From contig CBDBLO010000002.1 in NCBI GenBank assembly GCA_965207075.1, positions 64,001 through 128,000 of the forward strand: a stretch of 64,000 bases of DNA. Reading direction: 5' to 3'. The position numbers and the translations under genes were made by a program. Source of the stretch: Nitrosopumilus sp. (GTDB taxonomy: Archaea; Thermoproteota; Nitrososphaeria; Nitrososphaerales; Nitrosopumilaceae). Under the pieces are notes generated by a model. That model had not been told where the DNA came from and searched no databases. It saw only the letters and a program-made list of their open reading frames with translations. Positions 9,070 to 17,888 of this stretch are shown here, one piece after another; position 1 is the stretch's first letter, and each line of letters begins with the position of its first letter.

Positions 9070-10734
9070 TCACACCAGGGCCTGCGACGCCTGGTGGAAC
9101 ATCTCGGACTTTGCGCACCCGGCCGCAAGCTCGTCGCCGGCGCCCCGCCTCATCAGCCCGCGGTACAGCCCGTCCTCGAGCTTTACGCCCTCGCGCTCCT
9201 CCCACTCCTCAACTGTTATCGAGTACTTTTTCTGGATGCGGTCGCGGTACCACTCCGGTATCACGTTGAACGCGCAGAACGGGATTATTCGCAGGTCGGG
9301 AGTCACGTAGTGTATGTCGCAGCGCTGCAGGCGCTCCAGGTCCTCGTTGTACTTGTCCTGAAAGTGCATCATGCCCAGGAACAGCCCCTTGACGTGCCAC
9401 GAGCCCACCGAGTCAAAGGAGCGCTTCATCAGTATGTTGCCGAACATCTTTGCAAGGTCCAGTCCGGCCGGCTGCTTTTTGGTGTCGACAAACGACTTTA
9501 GCTTGCGCACCACCTCTAGCATCGTAAAGTACTTGTTCTTGCCCGACCTGATCTCCTCGGCCTTGTCCTCGAACAGCTCGAGCATGCCCTGTATGTCGCA
9601 GAACTTTGTGAGCGGCACGAACTTTTTGGTCTCCTCGTCCTCGAAGATGTACGTGCCGGCGCCGCACGCAAAGTGTATCGACAATTCATACTTTGGCTTT
9701 GAGGAGAACGCCTCTATCACGTTTGTAAGCGGCATGCACGACGGCACGGGGAACCAGTCGTCTATCGTAACCTCGCCGTTGGTCTGCTCCTCTATGCGCT
9801 GCACGCAGTCGGGTATGGTAATGCGGTATTTCTCGCGCTCGGTCTTGCCCATCCTTCCCGTCAGCGACACGGGCTGGAAGTTTACCGCGTGGACAACGTC
9901 CATGTTCTTCTGGGCGTACCTGATTATGCCGCCCAGCTCGTGGTCGTTTATCGACTTTATCACGGTGGGAACGAACACGACCGTGGTGCCGGTCTTGCGG
10001 CAGCTGTCGAGCGCGTACGGGATCTCCCAGTGGTTCTTGGGGTTCGTCCTGGCCGTGACTCCGTCAAATGACAGGTACAAATTGTTGCATCCGGCCAATC
10101 TGACCTCCCTTGCGGCCTCAGGATCCATGGCGTGCCTTATGCCGTTTGTGTTCATCTGGATGTGGTCTACCCCCTCCTCCTTCATTATCTTGATTACCTC
10201 GGTGATGTCCTCGCGGAGCATGGGCTCGCCGCCCGTGATCTGCATCGAGTTTCCTGGTATGGGCCTCTCGGCCCTCAGAGTCTTCATCATGGCCCTGACC
10301 TGGTCCTGCGAGGGCTCGTACATGTATGCGCCCTCCAGCCCCTTTTTGACGTAAAAGAAGCAGTACCAGCACGTCAGGTCGCACCTGTTTGTCACTATCA
10401 TGTTTGCCAGGCCGCTGTGCGACAGGTGGTTGGAGCACAGCCCGCAGTTGTTGGGGCACGAGCACTTGTCGATCATCACGTTCGGGGCGTGCGCCCCCTT
10501 GCCGTCCTGCCAGTAAGTTGAAAACTTGTTGTACATCTCGTACGAGCCAAAGTACAGCTCCTCGCACTCGCCGTGCGACGGACACGTCTTTGTCATGAAC
10601 ACCTTGCCGTCCCGCTCGAACACCTCGGCGTCCAGGATCATGTTGCAGTCGGGGCATATGGACTGGGTGAACCTGATCGTGGACTTTTTGCCCAGATTCT
10701 TTGCGGACTGATTGGAGATCTGAATCAGACTCAT
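9070..10734 (-). CDS. tes: Tetraether lipid synthase (GDGT-MAS, MJ0619-type radical SAM)
   Basis: N-terminal CPDC...C..HG, CPNNCGLCSNH, radical SAM CDLTCWYC, C-terminal HFQD.YN.D..RLQRC.IHY...IPFC. Confidence 0.9.
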   Translation of the reverse strand: MSLIQISNQSAKNLGKKSTIRFTQSICPDCNMILDAEVFERDGKVFMTKTCPSHGECEELYFGSYEMYNKFSTYWQDGKGAHAPNVMIDKCSCPNNCGLCSNHLSHSGLANMIVTNRCDLTCWYCFFYVKKGLEGAYMYEPSQDQVRAMMKTLRAERPIPGNSMQITGGEPMLREDITEVIKIMKEEGVDHIQMNTNGIRHAMDPEAAREVRLAGCNNLYLSFDGVTARTNPKNHWEIPYALDSCRKTGTTVVFVPTVIKSINDHELGGIIRYAQKNMDVVHAVNFQPVSLTGRMGKTEREKYRITIPDCVQRIEEQTNGEVTIDDWFPVPSCMPLTNVIEAFSSKPKYELSIHFACGAGTYIFEDEETKKFVPLTKFCDIQGMLELFEDKAEEIRSGKNKYFTMLEVVRKLKSFVDTKKQPAGLDLAKMFGNILMKRSFDSVGSWHVKGLFLGMMHFQDKYNEDLERLQRCDIHYVTPDLRIIPFCAFNVIPEWYRDRIQKKYSITVEEWEEREGVKLEDGLYRGLMRRGAGDELAAGCAKSEMFHQASQALV

Positions 10735-10899
10735 ACTAATAGATGCTGACTTTTGCATGTATTTAATACTTAAGATTCGACCCGCGCTCCGGCTTTAATA
10801 CCCACACAGGGTTCGTTGTTTGTACCATACAGTGGCCGCCACACGGTGCGGGCAGGCGGCAGGGCGGGCGTCCCCTAGGCGGCCGAAAGCGGGTGCGGC

Positions 10900-10959
10900 G
10901 GGCACGATGGGGGCGGGCACGATGGGGGCGGGCACGATGGGGGCGGGCACGATGGGGGC
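10900..10959 (+). repeat. Tandem repeat, 4 x 15 bp GGGCACGATGGGGGC
   Basis: Four exact copies read directly in the tes/cas4 intergenic region. Confidence 0.95.
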
Positions 10960-11068
10960 GGGGCGGGGCGATCCGCATGCGGGGGTGCAAGCAGGCGGCA
11001 GGACGGGCGCGCCGCCCGTACCACATGATCCCCAAACTATAAGAGCAAAGCCGTGAACCACGTGACAA

Positions 11069-11764
11069 ATGATGGGAGACAGGGACTATCGCAGCATAGT
11101 CCAGAACGCCATAGACTCCATAGGAAGGGAGCTGGAGCTGGAGATAGACGCGGAGGACGTCAGAAACATCCACCTCAAGGAGGTGACGGGCTGCATGCGC
11201 CGCGCATACTACGACAGGACGGACGCCAAGGAGGTCGAGTCGCGCGAGTTCAGCGGCCTCCTCTCCGGGCTGCTGCGCAAGATGCAGTACGGCAGCGAGT
11301 CCAAGAGGTTCCAAGTCGAGGACGGCGGCATCACGCTGGAGGGCAGGGCGGACATGGTGGTAGACGATATAGTGATACTGTTCAGGCCGCCCCCGGCCGC
11401 GGCCGGCGACGACGCGGAGGCAAGCCAGAGGATGGAGGCCCCGCACGCGGCCGATGCCCTGTACCTGAACGCCTGCATGTGGATATACGGCAAGGAGAGC
11501 GGCATCATCGTGTACATGTCCGGATACCAGAAGGAGGTGATGTTCTCCATGGCGCGCAACAAGAAGATGTTCGAGGAGACGGTGCGCAGGACGCGCGTCC
11601 TGGCAAGCCTGCTCAAGGAGAAGAAGACCCCGATTCTGGAGCCGTCCTCGGAGTGCGCCACCTGCCAGTACTATGAGAGGTGCTATACGACCCGGCGCAA
11701 CGCAAAGCAGATCTCCCTGCACGAGATGTTCGGGCTGGGCGGCGGCGACAAGTCCGCAAAGTAG
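11069..11764 (+). CDS. Solo Cas4-like (PD-(D/E)XK fold, 4Fe-4S) protein
   Basis: N-terminal GCMRRAYY plus C-terminal ECATCQYYERC (4 Cys), GRAD; no CRISPR array or other cas genes nearby. Confidence 0.75.
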   Translation: MMGDRDYRSIVQNAIDSIGRELELEIDAEDVRNIHLKEVTGCMRRAYYDRTDAKEVESREFSGLLSGLLRKMQYGSESKRFQVEDGGITLEGRADMVVDDIVILFRPPPAAAGDDAEASQRMEAPHAADALYLNACMWIYGKESGIIVYMSGYQKEVMFSMARNKKMFEETVRRTRVLASLLKEKKTPILEPSSECATCQYYERCYTTRRNAKQISLHEMFGLGGGDKSAK

Positions 11765-11868
11765 GCCAGCCGGCGCGGACGCCACCGGCAGAACCGGCGT
11801 GACGCTCGAACGGCATGCGCCGCGCAGCACACGCTGGAAACAACGAAAAAGAGAGATTGGTGATCTGC

Positions 11869-11979
11869 TCACTCAATGGGCTCGGGATGCCCCTTGCCAC
11901 GGAGAGCGAAACACACTACTGCCAGTGCTATTGCGACCCCGGCTGCTGCGCCGTATGCGGCCATACCTGCTTCTGCCAT
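11869..11979 (-). CDS. Small single-TM protein (36 aa, MAEAGMAAYG...RGKGHPEPIE)
   Basis: TTATAAA box about 25 nt upstream of the ATG; hydrophobic helix followed by a charged tail. Confidence 0.55.
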   Translation of the reverse strand: MAEAGMAAYGAAAGVAIALAVVCFALRGKGHPEPIE

Positions 11980-12071
11980 TTGGGTAGATTCGATCCGTGG
12001 CGCTTTTATAACTTTGGCAGGAATCCTTTGATATAATGAAAGTATCATGATCTGCAAATGCTGTGATACAG

Positions 12072-12647
12072 TCACCGCACGAACTCAAAGCTCAGCACGT
12101 TCTCCTGCCCGCTGGTCATCGAGCTGAGGTTGTAGAAGACGTCGCCTGTCACGCGCCAGGACGCCGTGCCGTCCTGCAGCGCCTGCCACAGCCCGGGGCT
12201 GCCCTGGTTTTGGAGGCTTACCGTGTCCCTCAGGGTGATGGTGCCGCCTGCAAGCAGCGTGTAGTAGCTGGAGCCGAACTCGACCATCCCCCCGGGGCGG
12301 GTGCCTATCTGCCCCCCGGATACGGGTATGACGTCGCCGCCGGTGTGCGCGGTCTCAAAGAGCCTGTAGTCGAGCGTCTGGACTATGACGGAGCGCTGGT
12401 TGGGGTTGTGCACGGAGAACGATATCTCGATCGTGGCGGCCCTGTCCGTTATCTTTTCGACTGCGATGTCCTCGAGGGAGACCTGCAGCGGCAGGATCTG
12501 GGCGGGGCTGCTGCTGCCGTCCCCCTGCTGCATCCCGGGCACTAGCGGCGCGTTGTCGGCCACCATGGCGGGCCCCGTCAACAGTATCCCTATTATGATG
12601 GCCACCATCGCGCCCGCCGCCGCGCCTACAAAGATCCTCGGATTCAC
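12072..12647 (-). CDS. Membrane-anchored LEA_2/WHy-like protein
   Basis: N-terminal TM; F.V.NPN motif. Confidence 0.65.
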   Translation of the reverse strand: MNPRIFVGAAAGAMVAIIIGILLTGPAMVADNAPLVPGMQQGDGSSSPAQILPLQVSLEDIAVEKITDRAATIEISFSVHNPNQRSVIVQTLDYRLFETAHTGGDVIPVSGGQIGTRPGGMVEFGSSYYTLLAGGTITLRDTVSLQNQGSPGLWQALQDGTASWRVTGDVFYNLSSMTSGQENVLSFEFVR

Positions 12648-12698
12648 TGGTAAATGTGGCAGTGCTTGGTTATTATATCATTGGCGCGCATTATATCC

Positions 12699-13064
12699 AT
12701 GCAGTACTTTCAGGCCGTGCAGAAGGGCAAGCAGCGCGCCGGCAGGTCCCAGATGAAGATGTTCGAGGCGGCCGGCTTTGGGATGCTCACCCTGACCACC
12801 AAGAAGGTGGGCGGATCGTTTGAGCCGGTGGGCGAGGAGGACATGGCGGCCGTAGTCGAGTCCGCCGACGGGTTCGTCGCGATAATAACCGACGCGGACG
12901 GGTACACAAAGGCGCAGTCAAAGGCGGTCACGAGGGACGAGGCCGCGGCCATATACCAAAAGCTGACGGCGGCCGGGGAAGGGGGGGAAGGCGGAATGCC
13001 CAGGTATCCGGGGGAGAGCATACAGATCTGGTCTGAGACGCGCCCCACGATTCGGGACGTCTGA
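12699..13064 (+). CDS. Hypothetical protein
   Basis: TTATATC box upstream; host-like codon usage. Confidence 0.7.
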   Translation: MQYFQAVQKGKQRAGRSQMKMFEAAGFGMLTLTTKKVGGSFEPVGEEDMAAVVESADGFVAIITDADGYTKAQSKAVTRDEAAAIYQKLTAAGEGGEGGMPRYPGESIQIWSETRPTIRDV

Positions 13065-13074
13065 CCGGCCCCTC

Positions 13075-13854
13075 TCAGCTCTTCTTGCCGCGCCTCTTTG
13101 CGGCGCCGGCGGCGGCCGCGGCCGCGGCCGGCGGCAGGACGATCTCGGTTCCCACCATCCCGGTGCCCCTGATGGCCTTTTCGATAAGCTTGGGGTCGGC
13201 CTTGAGGATGCGCGTGCTTATCCTGGACCGCTCGATTATCTTCAGCGCCACTATATCCATGAGGTCGTAGCCCCCCGCGATGGAGTCCTCGTGGACCAGC
13301 ATGCTCTTGAGTCCCTTGAGCTCGATCCGCTTGAACCTCTTTGCCCGCTTGAACCTGTTGGGATCCATGTCGTACACGCCGTCCACGTCAGTCGCGTTCA
13401 GGAACATGTCGGCGGACACCTTCTCGGCTATCAGGGCCGCGGTGCCGTTGGTGGACTGGCCCGGATGCAGCCCTCCCGCAACCACGATCAGCCCGTCGTC
13501 GACTGCGTGCCGCACCTCCTGCAGCGTGGTGGGCGGGTGCGAGTACGCGCGGTTCCTCAGCGCGTATATGAGGAGCTTGGCGTTGAGCCGGGATATCTCT
13601 ATGCCGAGCTCGTCCAAGGTGGACTCGTCGGCGCCAAAAAAGCGCGCGTCCGATATGTAGTGGCGCGCGATGGTGCCGCCGCCGGCTATTATTATGGGCT
13701 GGCATATCCTGCTTATCTTTGCAAAAAACGACGCATAGTCCTTGAGGACGCGGGTGTTGTTTGGATCAAAGACCCTGCCGGAGAGCTTTATGACTATCCG
13801 CTTCTTTCTTTTCCGGGTGGTCTGGGGGGCGGGCGTCGGCGGCGGCGTGGTCAT
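13075..13854 (-). CDS. pyrH: UMP kinase
   Basis: [26 protein letters not shown]. Confidence 0.93.
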   Translation of the reverse strand: MTTPPPTPAPQTTRKRKKRIVIKLSGRVFDPNNTRVLKDYASFFAKISRICQPIIIAGGGTIARHYISDARFFGADESTLDELGIEISRLNAKLLIYALRNRAYSHPPTTLQEVRHAVDDGLIVVAGGLHPGQSTNGTAALIAEKVSADMFLNATDVDGVYDMDPNRFKRAKRFKRIELKGLKSMLVHEDSIAGGYDLMDIVALKIIERSRISTRILKADPKLIEKAIRGTGMVGTEIVLPPAAAAAAAGAAKRRGKKS

Positions 13855-15137
13855 GATATGTCATCAAGTGTCGAACGCGTCGCAATTTCAACCTTGTTGC
13901 GGTATCTGGACGTCGTGTAGACGCGCAGGATGTTCATGAACCCGGATATTGCGTGGACCGACGGTATGTCCGATATCGGCATGCGCTCTGCCTCCTTCCC
14001 CCTCCTCCTCCTGCTGCTGCTGCTGCCGCCGCTGCCGCCGCCGGACCGCGGCGAGACCACCAAAATGTGGCTCGACTCGCTCTTTGAGGGCGCGAGCGGT
14101 ATGGACGGGGTGGCCGAGCTGTCGACGAATATGGCCGACTCGGGGACGCCCGACGCGTCGGATATCTCGGAGCGCAGCCTGCCGGTCTTGATGCCCTGCA
14201 GCTTGCGGCGGCTTGTAATGATGCGCTCAAAGACGCACTTTAGCAGCCTGCGGTTCTGGTAGTCGACAGCAAGGGACCTTGCGCGGGCAAGCCCCGGGAT
14301 ATCGGTGGTGGCCATCATGGACAGGACGGGCTCGTCTGTAAGGTTCGGCACGTCGTCCAGGTCAAACGTGGTGAACCCGAACTCGGCGTCCGATATGCGG
14401 AGGGCCTCGAGCAGCATCACCTCCGCGGCGCGGACGGTGCGGTGAAAGTATACTGCCTTGAACATCTGGTACCTGGCATGCATCATGGACTCAAACGAGT
14501 ACAGGGCAGAGCGCTCTAGCGCCAGCTCCCTTTTGTGCACGTCAAAGGACTGGAGTATGCGCTGGTGCTCCGTGCGGCCCATCTGGGCCCCGGTAAAGTA
14601 GCTGTCCCGGCGCAGGTAGTCCATCATGTCGGCGCTCAGGGCCCCGGATATGATCTGGTTCATGTACTGGTGGCCGGACGTGCCGAACGCGACGTCGACC
14701 ACCTCCCTCTTGCCAAAGCCGTGCCTGGAGAGTATGTCGCCGATCTCCGACTCCAGTATGAGCCGCCTGCCGAACTGCTCGTGGGACGAGTGGCTGAGGT
14801 GCAGTATCTCCTCAAACAGGTGCGAGAACGGGCCGTGCCCTATGTCGTGCAGCAGGGCGGCCATGCGCAGCAGGGCGAGCCTGTCCGGGTCCATGATGCC
14901 CTTGTCCATCAGCATGTGCCCCGCCTGGCTTGCGATGTGCATCACGCCAAGCGAGTGCTCGAACCGGGTATGCTGCGCCGACGGGTACGTCAGGTGCGCC
15001 CCGCTCAGCTGCCTTATGCGCCGCAGCCTCTGAAAGAGCGGGTGGTCTATGACCGCGACCTCCCGGTCAAAGACCCTGATGTACCCGTGTATGGGGTCGA
15101 TGATGTCCAGGTATCTCTTGGCGGGCGCGGCGGTCAT
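13851..15137 (-). CDS. HD-domain (dNTP triphosphohydrolase-like) protein
   Basis: [35 protein letters not shown]. Confidence 0.9.
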   Translation of the reverse strand: MTAAPAKRYLDIIDPIHGYIRVFDREVAVIDHPLFQRLRRIRQLSGAHLTYPSAQHTRFEHSLGVMHIASQAGHMLMDKGIMDPDRLALLRMAALLHDIGHGPFSHLFEEILHLSHSSHEQFGRRLILESEIGDILSRHGFGKREVVDVAFGTSGHQYMNQIISGALSADMMDYLRRDSYFTGAQMGRTEHQRILQSFDVHKRELALERSALYSFESMMHARYQMFKAVYFHRTVRAAEVMLLEALRISDAEFGFTTFDLDDVPNLTDEPVLSMMATTDIPGLARARSLAVDYQNRRLLKCVFERIITSRRKLQGIKTGRLRSEISDASGVPESAIFVDSSATPSIPLAPSKSESSHILVVSPRSGGGSGGSSSSRRRRGKEAERMPISDIPSVHAISGFMNILRVYTTSRYRNKVEIATRSTLDDIS

Positions 15138-15925
15138 GCGCGGCCCCGCCTCCCGCCCTTCCGGGGGGCGCCCGCAGCGGTCCTGGGGGGGCGTGCTGCC
15201 GCAGGCGCCGCCGGTTTCTTCTTCTTCTTATTGTTCTTATTTGCCGGCGCCACTTTCTTGCTTGGCGCCCTCGCGCTTCGCGCCGCCGTGCCTGGCGCCG
15301 CCCCTCCCGCCTTCCTGGCAGGCCGTCCGGTCCCGGCCGCCTCCAGCCTTGGCAGGAGATACCCGAGCATCTCCGCGTGGACGTCGCCCTTGGGTTTGTC
15401 CGCGCCCACCACCTTCCAGCGCCTCTTCTTGGCCATGGACAGGTATTCTGCGCGCACCGACCCGAGGAACTTTTTGTCGCGCTCAAGCTTGTCGCGGTCG
15501 GCGGGGCGCCTCTCAAAGGACACCGCAACTGGAATGTCAAGGAGTATGGTAAACGCGGCCTCCGGCATTCCGCGTTCCAGGCTCTCAAGCCATTTGCGGT
15601 CGACGCCGTTTGCGGCGCCGTATATGACGTTGGAGGAGTGGTACCTGTCCATTATGACGACGTCGTGGCCCGGCAGCGCGTCCTTGATCACGTGCAGGAA
15701 CTCCCACTTGTTGGCGGCCTGCAGGCAGTGGAAGACCTGGGGCGGAATCCTTTTGCGCCTCTTTGCAACCAGGTGGTGGCTTATCGCGCGCCCGATGGGC
15801 GTGTCATACCTTGGAAAATGGAACAGTTTCGTCGACATGCCGCGCTTTTTGAGCGCCCTCTGCAGCATTACGGACTGCGTGTGCTTGCCCGCCTGGTCCA
15901 CCCCCTCTATTGCAATTATCAACAA
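15134..15925 (-). CDS. tmk: Thymidylate kinase with basic C-terminal tail
   Basis: EGVDQAGKHTQ P-loop, FP, DRY..S. Confidence 0.9.
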   Translation of the reverse strand: MLIIAIEGVDQAGKHTQSVMLQRALKKRGMSTKLFHFPRYDTPIGRAISHHLVAKRRKRIPPQVFHCLQAANKWEFLHVIKDALPGHDVVIMDRYHSSNVIYGAANGVDRKWLESLERGMPEAAFTILLDIPVAVSFERRPADRDKLERDKKFLGSVRAEYLSMAKKRRWKVVGADKPKGDVHAEMLGYLLPRLEAAGTGRPARKAGGAAPGTAARSARAPSKKVAPANKNNKKKKKPAAPAAARPPRTAAGAPRKGGRRGRA

Positions 15926-16323
15926 CGATGTGACGGTACGGGCATAATAAAAAGGAAAATGGATTGGGCGCGGGCGCGTCTGGCGCCCCGGCGCGGGCGC
16001 GGTGCGGAAGCGGGAGGGAGGGCGCAGCGGCCAGTCCGCGCCGGCAGCAGGGCCGCAAACTCGTGGCGGTACCGCGTAAAAAAGCGCATTTCACGCCTGA
16101 AAATGGCGGAGTCTACGACGCTGACATAGGACGGGTCTTTCTTCATACCCGACACCAAATCCGGGCGCAAGTATTGGTCTTCTGTGGGAACAGGAATAGC
16201 CACTCCGCACACTGGAAGCCACAAAAAAGTGACGGCATACGGAGCACACGACGGCCCGGCAACCGAAGCGGAGGCAGGACGCCAATGCAACAGCCTTTTA
16301 TTTATTCGCCGCAAGGCATCATA

Positions 16324-17058
16324 GTGTATTTCCTTTACGCGGACAGTTCGGGCCTTACAAAGATAAAGCTCGGCAGACACGATAACCCGTATATCACAGT
16401 CGGAGTGATTGTCCACGAAAAAGACTACAGGCCGATCGAAGGCAGGATCTCAGAAGCAAAGAGCATGGTGCTTCCCGGGTTGGATCCGTGCGCATGGGAG
16501 CTGCACGCGTATGACATTTGGAATAGCAGGAATTTCTTTGACGATAGACGCATGAGGGTGAACCGTGCGAAAAAAATGGAGATCTTCTCTAGGATCACAG
16601 ACCTTGCATGCGAGTTGGACATCACGATAGTCGGTGTGACAATGTTCAAAGACAAGATGGCGGATATGTACCGTTCCCAGACAGTTATGGATTATTCGTG
16701 GATGTTTGTTGCCGAGCGATTTGAGCATTTTTTGGTGCAAAAGCCGGCGGAAACCAACAACGGACTGCTATTTGTAGATGCCAGCCAAAAGAACCCCGAA
16801 TCAGACATCAGGCGCGCTCTGCAGAAGGCAGTGAAAAACGGTAGCAACTGGCAGAGTATCGACCATGTCATTGAGCATCCCATCTTTGTAGAATCGCACG
16901 CGCATAACCTGATTCAGCTGGCAGACATGATTGCATATGTTATGCTCAAGCACTACAAGGGCGACTCGGAATTCGGAGAATTGTTTGAGCGGTTAAAGTC
17001 GAGAATGTACCGATACGGCGGCAAACTAGACGGTTTTGGCCTCAAGGAGTTTCCTTAG
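16324..17058 (+). CDS. DUF3800 family protein (RNase H-like fold)
   Basis: N-terminal YADSSG, ELH, C-terminal ESH...IQLAD..AY; lower GC than flanks; TTTTATTTA box upstream of the GTG. Confidence 0.8.
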   Translation: MYFLYADSSGLTKIKLGRHDNPYITVGVIVHEKDYRPIEGRISEAKSMVLPGLDPCAWELHAYDIWNSRNFFDDRRMRVNRAKKMEIFSRITDLACELDITIVGVTMFKDKMADMYRSQTVMDYSWMFVAERFEHFLVQKPAETNNGLLFVDASQKNPESDIRRALQKAVKNGSNWQSIDHVIEHPIFVESHAHNLIQLADMIAYVMLKHYKGDSEFGELFERLKSRMYRYGGKLDGFGLKEFP

Positions 17059-17069
17059 CTGTATGTGTC

Positions 17070-17136
17070 GGGAAGCAGGTCCGCACAGTTGCGGAGAAGC
17101 TGCTTCCCTAAAGTCACACGCTTGTGGCTCTGACCT
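17070..17136 (+). ncRNA. Putative structured RNA downstream of the DUF3800 gene
   Basis: Stem GGGAAGCAG/CTGCTTCCC enclosing TCCGCA-CAGT-TGCGGA; second hairpin AGTCACA-CGCT-TGTGGCT. Confidence 0.45.
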
Positions 17137-17394
17137 TACTATCTATTAACTACGTTATAAAGCGATTGCCGCGCGAAGCGCTGTCCAGTTCCCAGACGCA
17201 GAAACGACGAAAAGCCTAAAGATCACGACAGATTCGGATACAAAAGCTTATTGATCATACAGGGTGGCATGCACCCAATGAGTTCCAGAAGAAGACGAAA
17301 GAGAGGAGGGCTCCTGACAAGACGCCCAAGTGCCAACATGGGAGCGCTCCTACCCACGGTCAAATACTTATAGCTTGACGGCCCACACACGTCG

Positions 17395-17880
17395 ATGGGT
17401 CCGGCAGAGAGGTTGGCGCAGGAGATGGCAAAAGAGATCGGGGCCAAGACCAGGGAGTTCTACGAGTTCGTACTGCCCCCGATTGACATGTACGTCAGGG
17501 ACGACAGCCTGATCGTGGCAGCGGACATGCCCGGGTTTGAGAAAAAGGACGTCAGTGTAACGCTGAGGGGCAGGATGCTCCGCATCCAGGCGTGCAAGGA
17601 GAGGGAGGCGTGGCTCGACATCAGGGGCGGCGAGGACGGTCCGGATGGCAGCGAGGTAATCTGCGCCCAGCGCCCCAGCTTTGTGGACAAGAAGGTACGC
17701 CTCCCGGCGGCCGCGGCGTTCCGTCCGAGGCGCGGCGGGGAGGACGACGGCGCGCCTGCAGAGGGTGAGGAGAAGGAGGAAGACAAGCGGCAGTCCCCCA
17801 CTGCAAAGTATGAGAAGGGGATCCTGACCATAGTGATACCGGTCAGGAAGAGAAAGGGGCTCGAGATTGCCGTAAAGTAG
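17395..17880 (+). CDS. Small heat shock protein (Hsp20/alpha-crystallin)
   Basis: PPIDM, ADMPGF.K.DV, AKYEKGILTI.IP, terminal I-x-V motif. Confidence 0.88.
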   Translation: MGPAERLAQEMAKEIGAKTREFYEFVLPPIDMYVRDDSLIVAADMPGFEKKDVSVTLRGRMLRIQACKEREAWLDIRGGEDGPDGSEVICAQRPSFVDKKVRLPAAAAFRPRRGGEDDGAPAEGEEKEEDKRQSPTAKYEKGILTIVIPVRKRKGLEIAVK

Positions 17881-17888
17881 CGGCACGG

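Noticed and set aside
9070-10734. Novel RiPP radical SAM maturase
   Set aside because: Motifs match the known tetraether lipid synthase (Tes/GDGT-MAS); no SPASM-type pattern was seen.
10900-11764. CRISPR array next to the cas4-like gene
   Set aside because: The 15-bp units are head-to-tail with no spacers; no cas1/cas2 or effector genes are present.
14535-15947. Long antisense or alternate-frame ORFs (also 26198-27781, 25959-27389, 40245-41828, 29458-30771, 59638-60867)
   Set aside because: Shadow ORFs of well-supported genes, expected from high GC3 and stop-codon scarcity.
15964-16323. 120-aa N-terminal extension of the DUF3800 ORF
   Set aside because: The family motif begins at GTG 16324 with a TATA box just upstream; the extension is low-complexity.
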